A stretch of DNA of 64,000 nt from Haliotis rubra (lineage: Eukaryota): assembly GCF_003918875.1 (NCBI RefSeq), contig NW_025766978.1, positions 248,001 through 312,000 on the forward strand, given 5' to 3'. Made by a program: the position numbers and the translations under genes. Every line of letters starts with the position of its first letter. The stretch's first letter is position 1. Positions 25,510-37,410 of the stretch are shown piece by piece. The notes under the pieces are model-generated. The model was not told where the DNA came from and ran no database searches. It worked only from the letters and a program-made list of their open reading frames with translations.

Positions 25510-25644
25510 GTGAGTTAGTGTGGTTTTACGCCGCTTTTTAGCAATATTCCAGCAATATCACGGCGGGGGACACTAGAAATGGGCTTCACACATTGTACCC
25601 ATGTCGGGAATCGAACCCGGGTCTTCGGCGTGACGAGCGAACGC
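25510..25644 (-). mobile_element. 5'-truncated tRNA-derived SINE
   Basis: B-box ggttcgattccc on the minus strand; tail gatattgctggaatattgctaaaaagcggcgtaaaac...actcac; 13-bp TSD ctccaagaagtga at 25497-25509 and 25645-25657. Confidence 0.9.
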
Positions 25645-27113
25645 CTCCAAGAAGTGAAGACTACTTATATAAAACTCGGGCAACCTTGGATATGGTTGTG
25701 TTGAGGCGTCACTCCATTCTGTGTCGGTAGAGCGACATTATGCAAAACAGTTCAAGTTGCCGTCAGTCACAATCACTGGTGCACACACCTACAGTTGTCT
25801 TGTACACGCCCAAACAGATTAATATCAGCAATCAGACAGAGATTACAGATGGGCATGTATTCAATGACAGAATGCTCACGGGCGCCACAGTATGCGCCAC
25901 ACTATGCTGTATTCACGGTTAACTAAGCATCACGTCTGCAGATCATGTTCGTGGACAATTATACTTGATCATGATTGGACTACCCAGGTGGTGGTCAAGT
26001 CCCTACCTTACAGCTCAATGTGTGACACCAGACTTGAAGCGGATGCAGATGACCTCATTAGCCTTCGATATATTGAAATACCCCTAACTACACAGAATTG
26101 ATGTCATAGCTGCTATATACCTGGACAGCCCAAATTGATTTAAATCAAACCACGATGTACAACAAGCATTTCCTTCACAAGCACGTACTGCAAGTCGATC
26201 CTCCAGAAGTGACTCTTTGCAATCTAATCCGAACTTTTTCCTCGAGGATGTATTCATTCGCTTGGCTCTGAACAAGGCGTAACTTTTACCATAAAGTAGG
26301 GCCTGTGGCAAGAATTTGATTAATTAGTTCTTACGAGGAATTTGTCTCTCAAGCGCCTTTCAAATCTCCTTGTCAATACCGCAGACGATACGAGATCGAA
26401 TTTACAATGGGAAAAAATGAACAGAAAAAACTCGAAGTGGTAAAACTTGTTGAGTAAGTTATTCTCGCGGGCTGCGAGTGCCTCAAAAGCCGGCGTGTTT
26501 GCCATAGGTTTTTTTCTTACATGCGGAGTGATAATCAACACGAATGCAGCTACATTACTGTGGAGAATAGCAATAAAAAGTATTACGTGTCTGCCAAATA
26601 ACTTACGTAAATCGCTATATTCATCCTCTTAACACGTTTCCTGTCTTTTTTTCAAAAGTCATTAAAAATTCAGTTCAATTCAGCGTGTGACTTCACGCAT
26701 GCATGTATATGTCTCTAAGTGATTTTATGGGAATAGTTTTATACCGCAAGAACTTTAGAACTATTACAATAGCAATTAAACCATTGCTTTGCGTGCGAAC
26801 ACACGCCTACTCCTCGTCGAGTAGGTGACTCGTCTTGCAAGTTGCACTATTTTACAACGCTCTGAAGGGTCCCAGCCAGTTGGTAATTTGGGTTTATTTA
26901 TTTCAGGACTTTGAGATCCATCGATCACTTAAATGACTGTTCTTTTTCAGAGTGCGACTTGGCATGGTCGGAGTTCTATTGTACAATGCGGCGCCAGGCA
27001 CGATACACTCACTTTGTGTTCTGGAGAGGCGGAAGCAAGGGTAGAGAAGTACATGCCCACCTTTGTAGTGACTCTCTGGTGGCGTCACTGATATGGGCAA
27101 TCCATTCATAATA

Positions 27114-27969
27114 TACCATCCCAAAAATTAAACGCATACGCGCTTCGTATCGTTGAAAATCTATTAATTACCTATTGTGTTCAAACAATCGTCAAAATAT
27201 GTAACAGAAGTGTTGATAACAAACAAATTCACAATTGCACAAGTAAAATATCGACTTTACCTGAAATTTTTTATTTTGATGAGATTTCTTACAAGGATTA
27301 AAAAGGCATCACCACAACGCAACTAACAGAAATCACCTTCCATTTGAAATTGTGCAGTTAAGCGCATCCACTGTCTGGCTATAAAAATCCAGATTACTTT
27401 CGGAAATCGGCATTCGTTTTGAAGGAGTTTCAAGGTCATTCACTACGCCACGTCTTGACGCTGCGACACGGAACATCGCCATTGAAAGAATGCACGCTGG
27501 AGATTACCAATCTTCTCTGCCAGGTGTTGTAATGTTAGTCTGAGCACGATATCACGGCTTACAGCTCGTTACAACCAAACAGGTATAACAAATGACCGTC
27601 CCGTACACGCAGACCTCGAGTCACCACTGTAGCCCAAGGTCGGTACATCCGGGAACTACATTTGCGTGATCGTAGTGCCACGGGTGAGAGCACAGCAGCC
27701 AGGGTGCCTATCTGGTCAAACTGTACGGAACAGGTTGAGAGAGATAGAATGAGAGCCAGGAGATCCGACGTCGGGCCCTTGCTACGTCGTCACCATGGCG
27801 CTCAACGTCTCTGTTATCTAAAATTATCCTCATGGTTGTATAGACATTACTTTTTTCTGATGCAAAAATTCATGTACTAAAGTCTATTTGTGGACGAGTT
27901 ATACATGTTTGAAAATACAACATTTTCGCAACAGATTTCTGGGTTATTCGTTTCTTTTTTTGAATAGTA
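27114..27969 (+). mobile_element. Decayed, internally deleted Tc1-like element
   Basis: Degenerate TIRs with TA flanks; PRLDAATRNIAIERMHAG and TNDRP..RRPRVTT N-terminal remnants at 27445-27660. Confidence 0.65.
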
Positions 27970-28445
27970 TAATTCACCACTTTTACCCTTTAAGGCCCAA
28001 AAGAATCTCTTTGGTAGATAATAATCAAACGTTATGTAAGTTATGATTTTCATCTTTTTGTTACCTAATTCGCCAACACGCTGAAATGCAAAACAAAATC
28101 TTCACAGATGGGAAAAACATTAATAATATTTTTTTGGTTTTTGCAACTAAGTGACATGCCATAGCAAAACCAGGAAAGAAAACAATGCATTTAAAGTTGA
28201 ATATTGTCTCTGCGCCAGCAGCGATTGGGATAGGACCAAAATTATCTTCATGAGCTCCAATCTCATAGAAAATAACATACGACTACACACATCGCCCGGA
28301 CATGAATACCTGGGTCTGTCTATTAGCACCAGCCGCTGTCACAAGGATTCAGTACCGGTTGGTATTTGTGTCGTTGGAACCAGGGTCCATCCGGTCTACT
28401 AGTACTGGTGCATCTGTGCCAACATCATACAGGTGTGTTGTGGAT

Positions 28446-28537
28446 AGACCATCTGTCCAGACTTCAGACCATCTGTCCAGACTCCAGACCATCTGTCCAG
28501 ACTTCAGACCATCTGGCCAGACTCCAGACCATCTGTC
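28446..28537. repeat. Short tandem repeat, 20-bp unit, about 4.5 copies
   Basis: agaccatctgtccagact(t/c)c. Confidence 0.85.
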
Positions 28538-29737
28538 CTGGGTGAGGAAGGTGCCTAGTTCAAAGACCATAAGTCGGTAAAGGCTGGTACTCGTTACTCG
28601 CCGTTGAAATTTGTTTCCAAGGGTTCCGATTAATAATCCTGTGGTACAACGCCCACGGAGAGGCAGAGCTGAGGTTCTGTCGCCAACAGCACAGACACGG
28701 TATCTGTGATCATTGTAGACTTCATCGTAGAATAAACCGCCGGCTCCTGTCTCTGTCTCTCTTGTTGGGACATTGTCAGGCAAGTTGTCTCATGAAGAGG
28801 ACGAGTGCACACACACACGCACGACCACACGCACACTGTGTACATGGCGTCAAGCATCCTGACCGACAGCGACAGAGGTCGGTCAACGTGAACATGACGT
28901 CAATATTTCGCTTATTACACCCAAAAGTCTGACATGTCTTACTCACAACTCAGGTTGTCTCCCTTTGTTGCCACTGACTTCCCTTCGTGCAGTGCGTTCA
29001 AATTGGAAATTGTAACTTTCTGGCTGCTCGTTAATGTACATATATCATGTCCTTCTAATACGATTCATTTTGATATACGTCCAGTTGATTACGTAACCTG
29101 GTATTTCTGGTTACGGCGCGTTCTGTGCCACACTTTAATTGTGGTTTATGTGGACGATGGATGACCATAGCGCCAGTTATCAATATATATTTCTGCTAAA
29201 CACCAACCATTTATCATGTCGTTGGTAATGAGACATTTATGAAGCATCGGGCCTTGAGTGATGCTTATTTCAAAGGTTTACATCACATGTCAATTATCTG
29301 GGATTAATGCAGAAAGATGACACCACGAGTTTATTTTTAATGCAGAGGAAACAGAGCCGGGTCGCTGAGAAATGTGCAGGATGTGAAAGGAATCTGAATA
29401 GTGTCAACACTCGCAGAGTCTTTCTGGAACAATCACACAACTATGATTTATTAACCTGCGGGGCAGAGAAGTGTACCTATTGAGGGGCATCGAACCCAGT
29501 GTGACTTGGATACGCTTTCACCACCTGCCCACCTCACAAAGTAACACATGGCCTGAATTAACTAAACAACATATCTATTAGTCAGCCTCAGAGCCTGTTA
29601 ATGTTTACAGTCACACATAGAGATGTACAAACTCACGGGGAACGTCGTAGCAAATGTTTACCAAGGTTCCATGCAGATCGAGTTGTACATGGTAAGATCA
29701 TCAATGTACCAAAATCCAAAAACTTACATATATACTC

Positions 29738-31597
29738 CGTCTAAATACATGCCCGAGTATTCATTCACATTAGATTCAATACACCCCAAACACGATCTAA
29801 ATACATACCTGAGTATTCCTACACATTAGATTCAATACACCCCAAACACGATCTAAATACATGCCCGAGTATTCATTCACATTAGATTCAATACACCCCA
29901 AACCGATCTAAATACATGCGATCTAAATTAGATTCATGATCTAAATACGAGTATTCATTCACATTAGATTCAAAACAAATACCCAAACACGATCTAAATA
30001 CATACCCGAGTAGGCATTCACATTAGATTCAATACACCCCAAACACGATCTAAATACATGCCCGAGTAGGCATTCAAATCACATTAGATTCAATACACCC
30101 CAAACACGATCTAAATCTAAATACATGCCCGAGTATTCATTCACATTAGATTCAATACACCCCAAACACCCATGCCCGAAACACGATCTAAATACATACC
30201 CGAGTAGGCATTCACATTAGATTCAATACACCCCAAACACGATCTAAATACATACCCGAGTAGACATTCACATTAGATTCAATACACCCCAAACACGATC
30301 TAAATACATACCCGAGTATTCATTCACATTAGATTCAATACACCCCAAACACGATCTAAATACATACCCGAGTAGGCAGTATCATTCAATACACCCCAAA
30401 CACGATCTAAATACATAGATTCAATACACCCCAAACACGATCTAAATACATACCTGAGTATTCATTCACATTAGATTCAATACACCCCAAACACGATCTA
30501 ACTACATTCATTCATTAGATTCAATACACCCCAAACACGATCTAACTACATACCCGAGTAGGCATTCAAATTAGATTCAATACACCCCAAACACGATCTA
30601 ACTACATACCCGAGTAGGCATTCAAATTAGATTCAATACACCCCAAACACGATCTAAATACATGCCCGAGTAGTCATTCACATTAGATTCAATACACCCC
30701 AAACACGATCTAAATACATACCCGAGTAGTCATTCACATTAGATTCAATACACCCCAAACACGATCTAAATACATGCCCGGTATTCCACACCCCAAACAC
30801 GATCTAAATACATGCCGAGTACCTTCGATTCATTAGATTCACGATCTAAATACATACCCGAGTAGTCATTCACATTAGATTCAATACACCCCAAACACGA
30901 TCTAAATACATGCCCGAGTATTCATTCACATTAGATTCAATACACCCCAAACACGATCTAAATACATACCCGAGTAGTCATTCACATTAGATTCAATACA
31001 CCCCAAACACGATCTAAATACATGCCCGAGTATTCACATTCAATACACCCCAAACACGATTAGATTCATTCACATTAGATTCAATACCCCCAAACACGAT
31101 CTAACTACATAAATACATACCGATTAGGCATTCACATTAGATTCAATAGACCCCAAACACGATCTAACTACATACCCGAGTATTCATTCACATTAGATTC
31201 AATACACCCCAAACACGATCTAAATACATACCCGAGTAGTCATTCACATTAGATTCAATACACCCCAAACACGATCTAACTACATACCCGATTAGGCATT
31301 CAAATTAGATTCAATACACCCCAAACACGATCTAAATACATACCCGATTAGGCATTCACATTAGATTCAATACACCCCAAACACGATCTAAATACATGCC
31401 CGAGTAGGCACTCACATTAGATTCAATACACCCCAAACACGATCTAAATACATACCCGAGTAGTCATTCACATTAGATTCAATACACCCCAAACACGATC
31501 TAAATACATGCCCGATTAGGCACTCACATTAGATTCAATACACCCCAAACACGATCTAAATACATGCCCGAGTAGTCATTCACATTAGATTCAATAA
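29738..31597. repeat. Minisatellite, 56-bp unit
   Basis: attcacattagattcaatacaccccaaacacgatctaaatacatacccgagtattc, with several scrambled units. Confidence 0.95.
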
Positions 31598-32340
31598 ACC
31601 CTTATCTAAATGCGTTACCTGAATGCATGGTGGGCGTGAAGAGCGAATGCTTAATTGAACCTAATTGAACGTCCTCTTGTTTATCCCATTGGCTTCGTCA
31701 TTATATTGCTACTTTGGTACATTCATCCCACGTTGTGTCGTGTAAACATAACATGAATTATGTTTGTATTTATCAACTCTATGTAGTCACCCAGCATTCA
31801 CCTGGGCAAGGTGGAGCAAGGTGTAGCTCTGAAATGTCGTGATAAACAACAGTGGAGAATGTTATACGAAAGTAAATAAAAATAAACAAATAATATTGAC
31901 ATTGATATTACAAAGTCGACATGTACGATATTCGCATAAGTTTGACATGTTCCATATCTACATGATGGCAATGTCACAGGTTTCAACGTGCAGGGAAGAG
32001 TTAACTAGATAGATAAATGTCTTCCCCGAGTGAGGCGTGATTGACTTTTGTCGATACGTGAACCAGTTCTGCTTAATATTCAAACATTCATTTGCTGATT
32101 TCACTGGCGACATGTGTATATGTATATGTGTGTGAGTGTCGTAGATGTGAATGCGCGTGAGATAATGCGCGTGTTTTATGATGAACACATCAGTAAATGC
32201 AGAATAAAGGCTGTAAATTCCGTGAAGTTTGTTTCGTGTAACTCTAACTACTGCTTGTGACACAAGGAACTACCGGTCCTGGGTAGTGTCTGTACCAATC
32301 TCGGCATGGTGGATATGTTGTAGTATTTCAGTATAGTATA

Positions 32341-33058
32341 CTATGGAATCCTGGAAGGGACATTGTCGCGTTGTCGCCCTCTCAAATACAAGCAAAATTA
32401 AACAAAACGCGACACGCGACATCGCGACAACGCGACATTTCGCCCATTTGTCGCATTGTCGTGATGTCGCGTGTCGCGTTTTTGAATAATATATTTTTCA
32501 TTCCTCAAAGGGCGACACGCGACATAGCGACAATTTTCAAGGTCAAAATATGTCGCGTTGTCGCGCGTCGCCCTATGTAAGATGTGTAAAACAGCCTAAA
32601 ATTTACTAAAACGCGACACGCGACAATGCAGCAACGCGACATTTTGATGAAATGTCGCGTTGTCGCATTGTCGCGTCGCGCTTATTAAAATATTGAGTAT
32701 AGTATGTATTATAACATATGACTAAAAACGCGACAATGCGACATATAATATGTCGCATTGTCGCGTGTCGCGTTTTAGTGAATTTTTAGGCTTCTTTTTA
32801 CACATCTTAGATAGGGCGACGCGCGACAACGCGACATATTTTGACCTTGAAAATTGTCGCTATGTCGCGTGTCGCCGTGAAGGAATAAAATATTATTCAA
32901 AACGCGACACGCAACATCGCAACAATGCCACAAATGGGCGAAATGTCGCGTTGTCGCGATGTCGCGTGTCGCGTTTTGGTTTATTTTGCCTCACTTTACG
33001 TGTTTTTGACAACGCGACAATGCGACATAGCGACAATGTCCCTTCCAGGATTCTATAG
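32341..33058. mobile_element. Foldback MITE, ~720 bp, CpG-rich, TA-flanked
   Basis: ctatggaatcctggaagggacattgtcgc...gcgacaatgtcccttccaggattctatag; ~290-bp inverted arms built from cgcgaca/tgtcgcg motifs. Confidence 0.9.
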
Positions 33059-34906
33059 TATGCATATATTGTCGACATTATATATTTTGTCACCATACCC
33101 AATCAATAATATTCAGAAAGTATCGTTACAACATATTTGCAAAGGGTTGTCCTCATCCATTCAAGTGTACGTCCTTTCCCGAAAACATAGATAATAATTT
33201 CCCTTGTGTCCTTCCTGTGGGTGGAGGGTCACACTCACTCACTCTGAGCGCGACGTCCACGACGGACACAGGAACAGTAACAACTCTGTGGCGCGAGTAA
33301 ACCTGATTCCTTACGTAAGGGCATCATTTGTTTATGTGTTTCACGTAGCCACTAAATTCTGAACATGTAGACAAAATTATCTGAATAAAGTTCTCGATTC
33401 TCATTTATTGTAATTCTTATTATGTTTTCTCGCGTTCTTTGGACTTGTGTCAGCGACTGATTTAAAGATAACCATTTTATATGACGAGGCGGCACGTTTT
33501 AGGTTCTAGTCGGCGGTGTTGGAATGAAAAAAAAAAAGTGTTTTGGGGGAATCGGCAATTTATTTAGAAGGGTCGATGAGAAACACAGAAAATAAAAATG
33601 CTGCCCTAATAGATGGGAATCCTTTACCCCGGTGATAGTTACTGGTACTGGTATAGACAACAGTCATGTGACAATACAGTAAGGTACACTACATAGTTTG
33701 ATGTTGTGTTGGACAGAGTTACTAAATTATGTTTTCAAGAAACACAACCTCACAATACATAAAACTGTATTTTGATTGGTTGAGTTGCCTCTGTGTGTAT
33801 GCCATCAAATGTGGTAGGTATAGTTACCGAGGTGCCAGCTTCGTTTATCCAGTCTGATGCATAATATTGATTTCATATCAGGACATACAATATGTCGTGA
33901 GATACTTACACACTTCTTTTCATGACCAGTCGCGTCGTTATGGTTACTCTGACGTTCAATTACTTCTTCTAAAAGCAAGACGTACGAAGTCCTTACGTCT
34001 TGACTACACTAAACATGTGAAGCACGCCTGTGAGGTGGACGCCCACAATGTTCCCGGGGAGTGAGCCGCGATCATTTCGTGAGGAATACTTCGGCAGGAG
34101 TGGATTGTCAATCACACCAATATCCTTTTTAAAGGGAACAAGTGTTGGGGTGTCGTAGTTCCGTCTTGTCGTTGAATAATCTGCTCATCCAGGCGCGGTA
34201 GTGTCATCTCGTGGTTCTAACACCTGCTCCTCCATTTTGGTGTTCTTTTATCTCCTGGTTCAAGCACTTACAGACAGACAGTTTATTCAGAAGTTTAGGC
34301 CAAACGACCCATAGTACAGTTACATATGTTCAAAGTTTACATACTTATAACGTTTTACATCTACATATAAATACATTTTTCCAAAAACGAGCAACAGAGG
34401 TAATAACATCTTTAATTTTAGAATTTAAGAGATTTATCATCAAATGTTGATCCTTGTATTCTGCGCATAAGTTTGGAAGATATTTATTTCGCAGGTCTCG
34501 ATAGTGCTACCACACAAATAACACATGATACTCATCTTCGACCTGGTTGCTATTACATTTGACACATTTAATTTCACTTGCATTTAATTTTTTACTTTTA
34601 CGCTCACTTTTACAAGCACCTGCTCATCCAGATGTTGTAGTGTTATCCCGTGGTTCAAGCATCTGCTTATCCAGGTGGGGTACTTTCGTCACTCAGGTGC
34701 GCTGGTATCATCTTGTCGGTTCATAATCTGCTGCTCCAGGTGCGGTGGTTAAAACACGTGGTTCATAGCCAACCACTTATTGTTCTTTCGTTTTCGGGGT
34801 TTCCTACATGCACAAAATATGGCAGTGTGATATCCTTATACTCAGTTTCAAGTATGTTGGATGAAAGGTGAGTTTTGGGAAGGCATGGCCTGTGCCTCAT
34901 TACAGA

Positions 34907-36322
34907 TGTTAAAACGCGAGTGTTGGGGAATTAGCTCGCTTGGCAAGAGGTATGACTATTATACCAACCCACACACAACACAACACCTGAGTAAAATAAA
35001 CAAGGAGTTTATTACACAGCAGTCACAGGATGATTTCACATAATCAATCAATAATGGTATGGTTTATAATTAGTTATTAGAACATGTTAACACTGTAATC
35101 ATCTATCAAAGTACATAAACATCACACTTGGATTCGTTACACATACTACATTAATCATGATACACATTCAAAAGTATACAACGTACTGTGATTGTTCAAT
35201 ACTCTACACACCAACCCAGTGGGCGTTCATACCGCACAAAACAGCATATTGCTCATAACGCAATGTACTAGTTAGGATACACACTCTATACAATCCAGAC
35301 ATCACCCCAGTGGGCGTTTATACAATGTACATTCTAGAACAGTCACTAAACATCATCGTGTTTACACATAATGCAACAGTTAGGATACCCGACACACTAT
35401 ACAATCTAGACATCACTCCAATGGTCGTTTATACAATGTGCATTCTACAACAGTCAATAAACAACATCGTGTTTACACGTAATGCAACAGTTAGGATACC
35501 CGGCACACTCTATACAATCTAGACATCACCCCAATGGGCGTTCATACAATGTGCATTCTACAAAAGTCAATAAACAACATCGTGTTTACACGTAATGCAA
35601 TAGTTAGGATACCCGACACACTCTATACAATCTACAATAGCCACAAACAATGTATTATCAAATAACCTATCGTAAACAGTAATACAGACTGAGTAATTGT
35701 GAGATATATATTAAACGACGCCACGTTCCACATAGACCTAACGGTTGCGCCAAGGGTCGGACATATAGTTAAGGTATCTACAGTAGATTACAGTTAATAT
35801 AGAATAGCAATGGAAAAGATTTGTCAAAGTAGAAGAAAGTAAAGTTTCTTACCTGAGTAAAATAAACAAGGAGTTTATTACACAGCAGTCACAGGATGAT
35901 TTGTGACTGTGTGTCGTTCCTGTTTTATACCTTTTCCAGTTATCATACTAGATAATCCCATTTACTGATAAAACTGACGATAAAGTTGTTGTTGTGAACT
36001 TCAGTTGCAGTTAATCCTATTGCCTAACTCGACTGACGATAAGGTGCCTACTGCGCATTTAAGTTACTCCATCTTGGCAGGATTGTCTAATGAGTTTGAT
36101 AAACGTCGGTGTTGATGAGTGAAGTTCGCACTGAATTTGATTAGCCTATTTCTATCTGACGACACATACAAGATACTGGTCTCGTCCGTTCGTTATCATT
36201 GTGACCCTTGGCGGCTTGCAGATTGTGAAACGTGGTCAGTTAGTCTGTAACATTTCCATATTTCAATAACGTATACTGTCATAAAATATTTTAAAACATT
36301 GTGCGTTTCTCCCATGTTAATA
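34907..36322 (-). repeat. 3' LTR (~1416 bp) with ~114-bp internal tandem repeats (35200-35640)
   Basis: Bounded by the PPT and the TSD; minus-strand TATAAAA at 35929-35923; AATAAA within a 52-bp block present twice. Confidence 0.8.
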
Positions 36323-36376
36323 GTATCCCCCTATTCTTTTAAAATTTCGTCCCGAAATTTGTATGAACAAAATGCA

Positions 36377-37410
36377 CTATGCATATTTACACAACGATGG
36401 GTAAATAGAAATAGCTGGCAGTGTCCCTGCACGTTTCACAGAGACAACTGGCAGCATGTACCCATGATGATTAATTAAAATATACGCACAAAATGGCCTC
36501 TTTAAAATTGGGTGCAAACAGCAGGCCGTTCTGAATGGCGGTAGAAAGGAAGAAGGTAACGTGACTGCCTTACCTAAAGAAACATCTGTGATCGTAAGCC
36601 CTGGCATATCGACATATACTCTCGGACGAATCCAACCTATTATCTGAAGATTGGTAATGTTAACTCGGGCCTCTATGTTGTACTGCGTGATACATTTAGT
36701 AAGTTTGGCAATTGGTATAAAAAAGCATTTGGGACCATTTGTTATTTCCAATACGATAGTACAAGACTGTTGATAATTTTGTCGAAACATCCTGAGAGTG
36801 AAGCACAATAAAAGGGAAACAATGAAGACCGACTGAATTGTAAGTACAGTAACCATGGCGTGGTCTAAGGTAAATTCGATTGACTGTAATGCCGATAAAG
36901 GGTTGAAGGGAGTGGTCGTGGGAATGTTATATTTGAATTGAGGAACTTGAACGTCTGCCTTGACCCTACTGGTCTGGAGCAGTGTGAGCAGGGTGGAGAT
37001 TGTGCGTAGTCTCTGAAAGGTATATACAAAAGCAAGAGTAGATGCGCATGCCAAAGTTAAGGCAATAAGTGTCACTATGGAGTCGAGGTTGGGCCACGAA
37101 GCAAAAGGATAGGTTCAGCTAAATTGGTAAAGGCAATTTTTCTGTTCTTAGCCCTTTGTACTAGTCGGGATAAACTCAGATGGTCTTTCTTATCTTGACT
37201 TATAACAGAAGTCAAAGAATGATTAAATAAGTGAAAGGGAGGCACGTCGATATTGATAGGTTCCCGGAATGTAGTATCACCACTGATAGATGCATATTGT
37301 GAGACAGGGACCCGAAGATACTTACTTCCGCCGGTATCATAGTTAAGAGTAAACTCACACACAATGGCGAAACGAAGTAATAGGATACATACTGGGTATA
37401 CAGGCTCCAC
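36377..37410 (-). pseudogene. C-terminal part of an envelope-like membrane polyprotein (frameshift at ~37075)
   Basis: Heptad-like LTSVISQDKKDHLSLSRLVQRAKNRKIAFTNLAEP, TM TLIALTLACASTLAFVYTF, second TM MVTVLTIQSVFIVSLLLCFTL; stop codon just before the PPT, the position env occupies. Confidence 0.7.

Noticed and set aside
26084-26632. Short ORFs faintly resembling recombinase or transposase relics
   Set aside because: No diagnostic motif could be identified
28349-28857. 144-aa and 75-aa minus-strand ORFs
   Set aside because: No recognisable domain; partly built from a 20-bp repeat and a CA run
34040-34780. Degenerate 43-bp repeats and a GNIVGVH protease-like peptide
   Set aside because: Unit length is not a multiple of 3, there are multiple stops, and the motif is too short to support a call
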